This document shows positions 1 to 11,601 of a stretch of 64,000 bases of DNA, one piece after another. The DNA lies in assembly GCA_047967505.1 (NCBI GenBank), contig CM106538.1; one strand, given 5' to 3'. Within the stretch, counting starts at the first letter, position 1. Every line of letters begins with the position of its first letter. Origin of the DNA: Dipteris shenzhenensis. Its lineage: Eukaryota. The position numbers and the translations under genes are program-made. A model generated the notes under the pieces. It made no database searches, had not been told where the DNA came from, and worked only from the letters and a program-made list of their open reading frames with translations.

Positions 1-28
1 ACATCTCAATGTCCAAGTTAGAGATTAC

Positions 29-540
29 CATGTACTGTGTGAAATGATTATTTCCCCAACCTATCTCCATATTCCGACTAAAGTCATTCATAGCATTGAT
101 GAAACACTATGCATCATCTTCTTCGAATCTTTCTTTTGTAGTAAAGGTACCAAGCTATCAAGAGCTAACCACACTCGCGCCTTTTCTAGTCTTTTTTGTC
201 CCTTCCCCTCTCGTTCACAACAGGCATTGTGTAACTTTCTCCATACATCAAACTCATTAGCACATTTGAGCTTGTCATTCTTCTTCTTTGCAGAAAGGAA
301 TTTCAAAGCCTTGACACCACCAAAGCTTGGTTACAAGGAACATTGCTTGTTTTTCCAGATCTTTTCTCATCTTTTGTAATCTTTACTTGCCCAAAGTGTA
401 GTCCCATATCTAAAAGAACCTTTTCGATTCTTGCAATCATCCTCTCACTCTCTCGTTGGGGCTTCAAGTTATATTCATCAATGATGTACAAATACACACA
501 ATGAGTACAATTTGTGCACTTCTTGAAATTCCTCTTAAGG
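29..540 (-). pseudogene. C-terminal exon remnant of a RAG1/Transib-like DDE transposase
   Basis: Across frameshifts reads RIEKVLLDMGL...PSFGGVKALKFLS...WLALDSLVPLL...GWGNNHFTQYM, then a GTAATC donor at 28. Order resembles RAG1 LDKHLRKKMNL..MNGNFARKLM..ITNYFH (recalled, not aligned). Confidence 0.55.
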
Positions 541-570
541 GTTTTTATTAAAACATGTATTTTTAAAAAT

Positions 571-593
571 TAGGGTTTTGGGCCCTATATAAA
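571..593 (+). promoter_or_regulatory. Compact promoter: telo-box, site II and TATA box upstream of the H3-like gene
   Basis: TAGGGTTT (571-578, reverse AAACCCTA), TGGGCC (579-584) and TATATAAA (586-593), about 130 bp before the ATG at 726. Confidence 0.55.
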
Positions 594-725
594 ATAATGT
601 GCCCTCATTTTCATTTCATTATTTAAAGAGCTCTCCACTCCCACACCACCTCCCACTTGCCCCTAACATTTCCACCCTATCTCTCACACCCTCACCCTTT
701 CTCTCGCACACTCTCTCCATCCCCC

Positions 726-1463
726 ATGGCCAGGCCCAAGATCAAGGCACCACGGAGACTAGCACAGCCAGAACCACCTCCAGACTTAGAGACAGAGAGT
801 GAGAGCCTCCCCCCCTCTCCCCCCGATGATCCCCATCGAAGGGAGAAACTGCCAATCCAAAAGCCAGACAGGGAGCAAGAGGGACAGAGGAAGGCACAAG
901 AGGAGGGACAGAGGAAGGCACAAGAAGATACTTTGATAGAGATGGATGACTTAGAGAGCATAGAGGACGAGTGTGAGGAAGAGGAACAAAGGATAGAGTA
1001 GAGGAACAAGGCAAGAATAGACAATTAGGGTCCACGCCAACGGGGGAAGGGTGCCCGAGCTCCAAGTGCAGGTCAAAGAGGCCCTCAACATCCAGGAAGA
1101 GGCCCTCCACATCAAGGGCAAAGAGGCCTTCATCTAATGAGGCGGTACAGATTCAAGCCAAGGGTAGTGGCACTTTAGGAGATCATAAAGTTTCAGAAGT
1201 CCATTGTTTTTGCTCATCCCGATGGCCAGCTTCGCAAGGGTGGATGCGAGGTCATGTAGGACCTCAACCTTAGCCCAACGTCTTGATTTTATAGGCGCAG
1301 AGTTGTGGAGGCATCCTGGTGTATTTCTAGAGATGCCTTGCTTGCCCTGCAGCATGTAGGTGAGGCCTACCTAGTAGACCTCATGGATGACACCCAGCTG
1401 GTTGCCATCCATAGGAAAAGTGTTGCGGTGATCGCCATAGACATGCAATTTTGTATGTCCTAG
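726..1463 (+). pseudogene. Divergent histone H3/CENH3-like gene, intronless, with premature stops
   Basis: Starts MARPK. Histone fold: RRYRFKPRVVAL*EIIKFQKS, LLIPMASFARV (local +1 frame), EVM*D, ISRDALLALQHVGEAYLVDLMDDTQLVAIHRKSVAVIAIDMQF. In-frame TAG at 999, 1026, 1176. Confidence 0.9.
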
Positions 1464-2639
1464 GAAGCCCAAGGGCACTTAGGGATTTTATATGCTCCAC
1501 CTTGTACTCTACCTACAGGCATCTACCTTGTACTCTGCTACGGGCATCTACCTTGTACTCTGCCTATAAGCATCAATATAATAAAATGTCTTTTTTAGAA
1601 TTATCTTTGTATGTGCAATCTCAAATTTATTTTCAGTGTATTTCCAATCTATTAATTTACTTACATGCACTCTCAATTTACTTACGAAAGACTTTTTGAT
1701 GACGTATACAACATCAAAATGAAATAATAATTATCAAATCACAATAGAACATGCAAAAGGAAATAATACTCAATTTTACTTAACATAGAAAAGGAAAGAT
1801 CTGTAATGCCAGCTAGCCTGCAATAGCTATAATACTATGTAGCGGACCATATCATGTGTCCGAGAACAAAAACAAAGCTACACTATGCCTAATCAGAACA
1901 ACACAATCGGTAGTAGGACGGATGGGCCTCATCTTCACCATCTGACTGAGGACCCTGAACTTCATGATGTTCATCTTTCCATCTGGCGATAATTGTCTAT
2001 GGAACACCAAAATGTGTTGAGCCACTCTGTTGATGTAGTGGCTGATCGATGCCATCCCCCACCATAAGACTCTCTCGTTCCACCCTTGCATCTAGTATAC
2101 TCATCAACCCATAAGATATCCTGCAACCAACATATTACATAAAAACCCAAAGATTATATAAATTAATAAAATATTATTTTTCAAGAATTACTAAGAATAA
2201 GGGTTTTCATAGACAAAAAATCATATCTTTAAAAAATTTGATTTGGGAGGCCACTGGGACCCTAGCAACCATGCCCATCAATTTTATGCCAAAAAAACCC
2301 ATGCCAGCCCAAAATCTGACATCATGCCTGCAGTAGTAATCATCCATGTAAGCCTGGTGGTGGTAACTGGAAGTTGAGTAATGACAAGCCACTACGGTGT
2401 GGCTGGTAATTAATTACTAGCCCGATGGGTCTTAGCTATTGCCACCACAGATGTGGCTGGGAATCTTAGACGCCGCCACCTCTAATCATTCATTATCATG
2501 CAAGTCAATACTACTGCCTTGAATTATTCAAAATTCGGGCCAACCATCGCAATGGCTCTAACCTTGAGGGTAGTCGGGCTACAACCACTGCGGTGCTCTC
2601 ACCTTGATAGTGTAGTTAGGCTACAAACCGCTATTCCAT

Positions 2640-3110
2640 TCTCTTAATCGTTTCCTCTTCTATCCCTCTTGAATGTTTTGTTCTACCTTGCAATCTCAAG
2701 CCTCCACTATTCCATTTCCTTCACTGCTTCATCTTCTATCCCTCTTGACCATTTCTTTCTCCCTTGCAATCAAACTGCAAACTCAAGCCTCAACTATTCG
2801 ATTTCCTTCACTGTTTCATCTTCTATCCCTCTCAACCATTTCTATCTCCCTTGCACTCTTCTTGGGAGCTCCTCACACAATATTTCCTCCCCCTCTGTAG
2901 CACAATGCAAGAGCCCCTCCTCCCTTGGTCTTGAAATCGTGACATATGGGAACTCTGCTTCATCTTCTATCTCTTTTGACCATTTCTTTCTCCCTTGCAA
3001 TCGGACTGCAAACTCAAGCCTCAATTATTCCATTTCATTCACTGTTTCATCTTCTATCCCTCTCGACTATTTCTATCTCCCTTGCACTCTTCCTACAGCT
3101 TCTATCCCAT
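2640..3110 (-). repeat. Degenerate direct repeats with E/K/R-rich coiled-coil-like coding potential
   Basis: ~2727-2860 recurs at ~2957-3092 (CTTCATCTTCTATC...CCCTTGCACTCTT); minus strand reads like IEDEAVKEME*WRLEIAR. Confidence 0.6.
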
Positions 3111-4354
3111 ATCTCAAAGGTAGCCAACCACCAAATCTCCTGTTCTAATTACACACTGAACTGTCTTGCGTTATCAAGCTCAACTTCAAGGTCCAGTATT
3201 CTATTCATCATTGTCAAACTAACTCTTTCTAATTTTTTACTTTTGACCATCTCACTTTCATCAAGCTTTAGTACAATCTTCAGAGTACCATTCCATTCCT
3301 CCATAGGCATATCATAAAACTTCACCATGGCTTTCAAATCTCTTCGAACATCCTTCACAAAGTTATTGTTGAATGTCAATTCCAATTCTTTAGTCTCTCT
3401 AGCCTTTGTTTTCAAAGTTAGTGTACTACATACATGCTGAGGCTCACCGACTAAATCAAGTATGCCCAAATTGAGTGCATACCTGGCCTTATCAACATCA
3501 GTTGGTTTAGGAAGCGGGGCTTTAACTTTTGCTCCCAGAGAAAGACATGCTATTTTTAAGCTCTTAAATATGAGCCGATATGCCCTTGTACTTATCCCTG
3601 TAGTATTACAAACTCCCTGTGTACTAGTTGCATTGGAATGCTCCACAACTTTATTCATTGACTCGGATGTTATCTCTGATTTTAGACTTTTAAATTTTGG
3701 ATGGTGTATAATAGACTCCAAAATTTTTTTTGTGAACACTTCACCCATAGCACCATAGTGTTCATCATGGATAGACATATACAAGCTCTCACTCGATGCT
3801 TCCAGTGACCACTTTTCCTGGATATTTCATCCATTGGATGCAATTTGCTCTTACGTAGTCTTGGACCCATTGGAGTATCCTTCATTAGTGCTCTCTCCCA
3901 ATTGAGCATCTAATGTTTAAACCTTTACCTATAATTCTAGATTTTTCTTCTCTATGCCATTATATGCAGACATTTGAACACTTGTAGCTTGCATAGATGA
4001 TACCAAATGCTGATTCCAAGCCTCCAACATTGCGATCCTTTTGTCTCTTTCATGAAGCAAAGATTAATATTGGTTGTGAAGGCTACTTGCTCCATGACCA
4101 ATCAACCTTCAACAATATCCTAACAAACCATTCTCACCCTTACATAGGAACTTTATTAAGCTAGTCAATCCATAGAATTGAGGAGTCTGAAAAGTTTGTG
4201 GATCTACTAGATATATTTTCCCTTCTAACCACAAATCCATATGTGCTTTTCCTTGATTTTGAAGAGCTACTAAATCAATTTCCCTTGCTAAGGAGGATTC
4301 ATTCCTTTTTAAAAATGGTGCATTCTCTGCATTTATTTGAAAATGGATATCCAC
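3110..4354 (-). pseudogene. N-terminal and first-catalytic part of the RAG1/Transib-like transposase
   Basis: ORFs 4109-4354, 3682-3909 and 3149-3784: DEISRKSGHWKHRVR, TTGISTRAYRLIFKSLK..PKPTDVDKARYAL, LKIVLKLDES (candidate first Asp), FSV*LEQEIWWLATFE. Confidence 0.55.
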
Positions 4355-5042
4355 CTTTTTTTAATTCCGAGCAGCTTGCATGATTTCATGCACTTTCCAC
4401 CTAATATAATATAACATTGACATCAACAAATAATATAAAAACATGACATGTTTCAAAAAAAGTGTCAAACCAAGCAAAAATGAAAACCCCAATTGCATGC
4501 AAAATCTAACGATTGAAATCTACAAATTCAAAAAAACATAAACTTATCATTAAACACTGTTAAACTATGTGAATCAACAATACCTCACAGGGATCTTTGA
4601 AGAAAAAATGTGATCAAAATTGTCCTCCTCAATGGTCCCTCTTGTAATCCAGGATGTTGAAATTAATGGATTTTTCTCCAATACTAATTATATGCTTCAA
4701 AAAATCTCCAAATCTATTTCAAACCATCTTCTATAAAAAACCTCTATAGCAAGAGTGTATCTTTTAAAACCAAAAAAACTTTCTTCCTCTTTAAATCATG
4801 TATTAAAAGAAAATAAACTACAAATTAACTGCTTCTTCAAAGTTGCATCATAAAATCTCATTATTTTCATTGTCTTGCATTGTTCTAAAGGTTTTCTCAC
4901 CTGAATCTCCATGCAAGTTGCTCTGATAGACCCTGATTTGAGTTGAAAACTAAAAACATTCTAAAACTACATGAATGAACAGTACCTGATTCTTAGAGCA
5001 AGGTCCTTTGAAAGAAAAATGTGATCAAAATTGTCCCTCCCA

Positions 5043-7250
5043 TGTTGGGATATCTCAAGGTGTATGCCTCAGGCACACCTTATGTTTCTATGTGTGAGTG
5101 CTAGAGGCACAGTTAGGTGCCCACAAGCACAGTTAGGTGGTGGAAAAGCCACATAGGATGATTTAGTGAATCTAGGAGCAGATTAAGGAGATGATTGTGG
5201 AGCTTTGAGGTCATCAGTGATGTCAGTGAGCATGTATGAGGTGCCTACTAAGGACCTCACTCTTCTTCATTCTACAACCAAGTAATGCAAGTATTCTGAG
5301 TTTGTGTCCACTCTTTGCTTTCCTTTCAGCTTTCCAACATGGTATCAGAGCCATTTGATCCCCCTTGAGCCCATCTTCTTCTTCTTCTTCTTCTTCACCA
5401 TCTCTCCCTCTTCTCCCAAAAATTTGCTTGAGCTTGTTCTCCTTCAATCCTCAACCATTTCCCACGCCCTTTCTGCTGGAGATCCCTCTTGTTGGGGCGA
5501 ATTTCGGGCTGGAATGAATTAATGAAATATGCGCGCTGCTCGTCGCCATTGCACGAAAATCATCGATCCTTCTTCCTGCAAGTTCTCTGCACCTGCTCTG
5601 TCTTTGTCTAATTCCTTTTAGGGCAAGCTTCTCCATCCTAGAGCTACCTTGTGCTGAAATCTGAGCAGCAATGGCTGCATATTGAAGGAGAAAACAGAGA
5701 AAAACCAGTCGACTTTGTTCAAGAAGGTGAAGGCGACCTGACGCATATTTTCGCCTCTTCTTCCCAGAGGATCTACTATGGTATACCAGCTTTCTTTTGC
5801 CTCAGAAAGCCCCCTTTCTTTTGCTTTGAAGAGTGTGATATGAGCCCTCCAAGTTCAGCTCTCTAGTTTTGACAGTTTTGACATACTTTTGAAAATGATG
5901 CTACATAAAATGCTACTCTAGCATTTCTGATCTTTTGAAGTTTTCAATAACTTCACTACAAGTGTTGCTTCAGTTTTGTTTTGACTTGCTAGACCTAGTT
6001 GTGATTGGAAAGTGTTTATTTCATTCACTTCTATGAAGCATGCAAAAAGTAGCATCATTGTTTGAAAACTAGTCACTACTATTTACTACATCAAGTGCAT
6101 ATACTTTGGAAGTATTTCAGTTCTTTTTGCCTTGTAAGAGAGAAGACACTACCCAATACCTAGGTTAGAGCCTCTCATGGCTTGTTTATGCAAAATATGT
6201 GAAAAGCCAAAACATAAAGCAATGTCTTGTTATGCTACAAAGGATGAAAATGCCAACCTGACTTCCTTGTTGAAGATTGCCAAAACAATGGTTGCCAAAA
6301 AGGAAGCAACTACAGAGATCTACCCTCTCATGGCACTTTTATTTGACTCCAAGTACAAGAAAAAGATGAAGGTCAGATACCTAAGATATGCTTCTCTACA
6401 CAACTATGGAGATGACAAGATAATTGTTCTCTTGAAGGATATGACTTTCAGATCCACTTGTTCTATCATAGTACCATCTTATAAGGCACTAGACACTGCC
6501 CATGTGGTAAGACCTTGCCTTGACATGGATATTTTGCCTCCACAAGATGAGGCATCCCATGAAGATTATGCATTTTAAATCATCTCTATGTATGCTCCAG
6601 ATCTCTCTTTTTATGTCAAGGTACTCAGCCTGGATAGTCCTCCAAAATGAATGAAAATAAACTATTGTGTGTTGTGTGTTTTGTAAACACCTCTGGTCAC
6701 CTTATGATGTAGGCCATGTGTATGTTTGTTCCATGGTACCTCCTACAGACATTGTGTGCATGTACATGTAGGGGAGATAACCATTGGAATGTCTGTTTGT
6801 ATCCCTTTCCGTTTACCTTACACCCAAGGGAACCCTTGCTAGCATGAGAACCTAGCCATAGATTTATCCTTGACCACCATGAGATGGCATGAGAAACTAT
6901 GAGACTAGATGTATCCTTGACATAGCCTGAGGCATTTCCTTGAGGGGGGGTTTGTTGGGATATCTCAAGGTGTATGCCTTAGGCACACCTTATGTTTCTA
7001 TGTGTGAGTGCTAGAGGCACAGTTAGGTGCCCACAAGCACAGTTAGGTGGTGGAAAAGCCACATAGTATGATTGAGTGAATCTAGGAGCAGATTGAGGAG
7101 ATGATTGTGGAGCTTTGAGGTCATCAGTGATGTCAGTGAGCATGTATGAGGTGCCTACTTAAGGACCTCACTCTTCTTCATTCTACAACCAAGTAATGCA
7201 AGTATTCTGAGTTTGTGTCCACTCTTTGCTTTCCTTTCAGCTTTCCAACA
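5043..7250 (+). mobile_element. Complete non-autonomous LTR retrotransposon (2.2 kb)
   Basis: LTRs 5043-5339 and 6953-7250 (TG...CA; 4 substitutions and 1 indel by eye), PBS TGGTATCAGAGC 5340-5351, PPT GAGGGGGGG before 6953, 5-bp TSD TCCCA at 5038-5042 and 7251-7255. Confidence 0.97.
6177..6578 (+). CDS. 133-aa ORF with a CCHC zinc knuckle inside the LTR element (gag-derived?)
   Basis: CKICEKPKHKAMSC fits C-x2-C-x4-H-x4-C; open from ATG to TAA. Confidence 0.55.
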   Translation: MACLCKICEKPKHKAMSCYATKDENANLTSLLKIAKTMVAKKEATTEIYPLMALLFDSKYKKKMKVRYLRYASLHNYGDDKIIVLLKDMTFRSTCSIIVPSYKALDTAHVVRPCLDMDILPPQDEASHEDYAF

Positions 7251-8486
7251 TCCCAGTGGTCCCAAATGTGTCCCAGGATTGATGAAGTTGATGGTTCTTG
7301 CTTACAAATTATATGCTCCCAAACATCTCGAAATCTATTTCAAGCAATATTTTGTAGAAAACCATTGATAGTAAGAGTGAAAAAGACTCATTTCTCATGG
7401 AATTTCTTACAAAACAAACAAATTTTTCAATGTTTTCAAACCATGAAATAAAACAAAACAACACAACTACACAAAATAAACTACAAACTAACTATCCCTT
7501 CAAAGTTACATCATTAACAAACAAATCTCGTCATAATTACTGTGTTGTTTTGTTCCAAAGATTATCTCACCTGAACCTCCATAGAAGCTGTCTGGATGGA
7601 CCCCAAACCCTCACAAATGGTTCAAAATCATGCACCCTTGAGATGGCAGCAGGGAAAGTAACTAGTATTGAGAGATTGGCAAAAGAAAATTTGGTTCTCA
7701 TGCATCAGCAACTGCAATGCCTGAAAGTCAATCTTATTTGATCCTTTCTCAAAGAATCTCATCCAATAGCTCCTTCTAAGCTCCAAACACCTTACATCAT
7801 TCATGGCTCGCTTAGAACATTGATTGCCTTGTCTTCTTATATGAAATGATTTCATATCGTGGGAGAATCTCATATGAGATAGGAAGTGCCGCGATTTGAA
7901 GGAGAAGCACCCAAAATAGAGAAAGAAGAAGGTAGGTTGAATCTCATTCAAAAACCTTGAACGTTTTGAAAGAATGAGAGTGAAATGGGAGGGAAATGTA
8001 GGTAGAGAAGAGAAGTGACGAGATTTTGGCATGAGAGTCCATCCCATGAGAGGGAGAATAGAGAAAGAAGCCTCCTGCTCAAGAGCCAATAGGAAATTGG
8101 AAAAGAGGATTGGAGCAAAGAAAAATTCGAAATGGTGCTCAAAAATGAGGGGGAAGCAAGAGGAATGAGAGAGAATGAAAGGGTGTCGTAGTTGGATGGG
8201 AGGATTTGGTTTCACGTCAAAGTTTGGTTGAGAAACTAGGTTTCTCAGTTTGGTTACAATTTAAAAATGTGAGGGGAGAGTTGAGGCTCAGTTGAGGTAG
8301 CAAGTGGGAGCTCCACCTCATTGTTTGGGCCATTGAATAAAGAAATAGAGAAGTCATGCCACTTCCAATATTCTATTGCCCTCCATCAGCCAATATTGTA
8401 TTGTGCTTTATTCACCTTATTCTTCCATGTCATCAGCCCAAGGGCTTCCTTACAGGGCCCTTTTTGAGTCCAAATTTTTTGTAATG

Positions 8487-8592
8487 ATTCTCCGTTTACT
8501 AAACATTTCAACTATATGAGTGCCCATGTGATGTTGATCGAGAGGCAAAGATTTCTCACAAAATCTCCCCCCCCTCCTCACACACACACACA

Positions 8593-8646
<54 letters not shown>

Positions 8647-8770
8647 CTCAGTGGGCCATTGCCTTCTCCTCTTGGCCTAGGCTATAAAATGGAAATCAAT
8701 TTCATTCAAAATGTCCATTAAGCGTAACACAAATGTGATTGCACGTGTTGTGATAGATTGCTTGGTCATT
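8487..8770 (+). repeat. Interspersed repeat with (CA)n(CT)n core, copy 1
   Basis: ATTCTCCGTTTACTAAA...GAGTGCCCATGTGATGTTGATCGAG...(CT)n...CAGTGGGCCATTGCC, shared with 15311-15610. Confidence 0.85.
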
Positions 8771-10679
8771 ATATTTATGAAACCCGACCACCATCACTTA
8801 AGTGAGCAGACTTCATGGTTTTTAGAGGCATTGGCCAATTGATCAGAGGGTAGATTGCACATCATTTGATTTTACACACACATGCCACCATTGTAAAGCC
8901 TATTGGCTATTTTCGAGCACTATGCACTTCATTTAAGCCTTGTAAAGCCTCTTGTCTATTATCAGCATCATTTTCCACAAGCTTTGTAATAGATTGGATT
9001 ATATATTGCAGTTCTATCTTTACCAACAGTTCAGATTGCACTTGATACTCTTCCAAGGCTCAATGTTGCCTTAGTTGGAGCCTTGGTGCCTCCATGATGG
9101 GCATCACAGCTCTGTCTACTAACTCAAATCATTAGTCATGCCTTCTAATAGAACACCATTGTAACACATAAAATTAAGCATACTAATCAAACCATCCTAA
9201 ATGACATGCCAAAATCCCTTATAAAATTCAACAATGAGCCCATCTTGTTTTAGAACGTTCTCACAAGTCCTCTCCCATTCACTATCAACCATAGGAGAAG
9301 AATTGTCGAGGATGCAATCGCAAAATCAATCCAACCATGATGTCTAGGCAATATTGTGAGAATATTCTTGAAATATGGAATAAAATGATATATGGTTGTA
9401 AGCTCTCTACAAGTTGTGAAGGTGATAGCTCATGCAATCTTATCTTAATCTTGCTAAATATTGCTATCAAAATTTAATGGCCCTTTAATGGGCCGCCACT
9501 TTTGAAATCCCCTCCTAATCCTCTTCCATCTTCCTCGTCATCTCCTTCTCCCCCATCCTCCATGATCCCCTCTTGCTAAATCAACACCCTCTCCACTTCT
9601 TCCTCTTCAAACCCTGATGTGGATCTACCAAAGGCTTCCCCTTCCCTAGATTCCTTGAGCATGCAACGCTTTACCTTCCTCGATTAAGGCTTCCCTGGAT
9701 TCCTTTTGATCTCTTGCAGGTTGTAGATTACTGCCCAACTCTCTAGGACTGCTATTGGACCTGTTGTAATCTTGGTTGCTTTGGGCTACAGCACTGTGAT
9801 CGTTGCATGCATGAGACATTGGTCTGGTGTAGTCGTTGCCATTGGTTGTCAAAGGTCTCCATCTCCAGGATCGCATTCAGGTTCTTGTTGATTTTGCAAT
9901 TGGCCCTGTGGCTCACCGGGATGGAAGGGAGTGCTAATTGTAAGGCAAAAAGAAAGAATTCTTTTTCTTTACCATTCTAGGATCGTCACACATTTCAATG
10001 TCTGGCTTTGTTTCGTCAAATTCTGCTCCTGTTTGGGGTCGGATTCTACCCTCATCTTGATCTTCCATTTTCGGTGAGAAAGACCTTAGTGCATTAGCAA
10101 TTCTGTTATAGCTCCTTGCTGCTTGCTTGATGAGGCCTTTGCTTTAAGTTGGCTGACATTGAGTAGTTGTGGCGATGGTCTCAGCGACCACTCTGAATGT
10201 ATTGAACAACACCACCTCAACACTGTGTGTCAAATACTGAGAACCAAATGAGGAGATCGGGGGCACGTGCAGGGAGCTTCTAGCTCTACAATGGCTGGAA
10301 TCACTGTGGAGAGTGGGAACCATGCCTATGTGGGAAGGAGCAACCATGTGGGCGATTCAAGGAGGGTGCGCTTGACAGGCCTGCAACACAGGGCCTCCAA
10401 GCAGGGTGACACAGTTCGAGATCACAGTCGCAGGCTCTGGCATGTGCCCTTCTTTTTGTCTTTGCCCTTCAGTGAGGGGATGGAGATCTATGTCTACTGC
10501 AGCATCGTTGGCTGCTTTACTATTTGCCTGGTCCTTTCTTTTTGCCAGCTCTTGCTGGGTCTTTCCCGTAGGAGAATTAGCATTTGTAGGCTATAGGTTG
10601 CCTTTGTTTTGCAGGTCTATGTTTGCTCCATATTGACTTTGCCCTTTGATTTTGGGTTGGCAAAGCCACATAGCCTACT

Positions 10680-11290
10680 GCAAAGGTCTGCTTCAAAGGT
10701 GACTAAAGGTAGAGGCCTTTGCTGATTTCACTTGAGCGAGTGTGCATTGATCAAGAGAGATTTGCAATGAGTGCAAAGGATTCAAGGTTGACGGAAACTT
10801 TAGGGAAGCTACACAAGTATCCATGGCACCTCATTTGGTGTGTCAAAAGGTTGACATCAGTCAGCTTGCCAGGCTATTCAAAAGCAAGCTTCCACGTAGC
10901 TTCAATGGGCTGGTTACTACCCTAATGGCTAGAGTAAAGTTGAAACCTCTCACCTTTAAGGAGGTTTGTCCTCTGTTGCTCCAGGAGGAAGCTAGGTTGA
11001 AGTTGCAGGGTAAGATGGCAACAACAAAGCATTTACTGCTTTTACAAATGCAAACCCAGTAAGGCTTAAGTATTTTTTTAGGTGATGGCAAGTCTTCAAA
11101 CAATGAGAGTAAGAGGAGGAAATTTGTACTATTGTGATCATCCTCAACATCTTGTGTGAGATTGTAGGAAGAAAGAAGGTAGATCAGAAAAAGGAGGCAA
11201 AGCCCAAGAAGAAAGAGTCAGTGTCAGTTTCAGCAGAGGAGAATTGTTCCAGGCAGGACAAAGTCAGCCAAAGAGCCCACTTACGGGCTT
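10680..11290 (+). mobile_element. Degenerate Copia-type gag fragment
   Basis: KLPRSFNGLVTTL...LTFKEVCPLLLQEEARLK followed by a decayed zinc knuckle (YYCDHPQHLV*DCRKK); lies between ~140-bp direct repeats at 10521-10662 and 11353-11495. Confidence 0.7.
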
Positions 11291-11590
11291 TTTTGCCTAC
11301 TCTTGCATAAATATATATGTTTTTGAATCCTACTAACGGGAAGATGCTTTAATATTTGCCTGGTCCTTTCTTTTTGCCAGGTCTTGCTGGGTCTTTCCCG
11401 TAGGATCATCTGCATTTGTAGGCTGCAGGTCGCCTTTGTTTTGCAGGTCTATGTTTGCTGCATATTGACTTTGCCCTTTGATTTTGGGCTAGCGCAAGAC
11501 TATGTTCTCTGCTCGATCGTCTTCCTCAATTAGGAGAATTAGGAGACCTGTGGGTCGCAGAAGTCCATGGCTAGTTTGGGTCCATGCCTA

Positions 11591-11601
11591 GCTTGATACC
11601 A
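11591..11601 (-). promoter_or_regulatory. Primer-binding site of a minus-strand LTR retroelement
   Basis: Minus strand reads ...TCTACA|TGGTATCAAGC, an LTR end CA followed by an iMet-type PBS. Confidence 0.6.

Noticed and set aside
726-1463. The functional host CENH3 gene
   Set aside because: Multiple stops and frameshifts, no introns, and mixed H3/CENH3 diagnostic residues.
8399-8405. CACAATA on the minus strand as a Transib TIR
   Set aside because: Only a short imperfect match, with no partner end or TSD visible.
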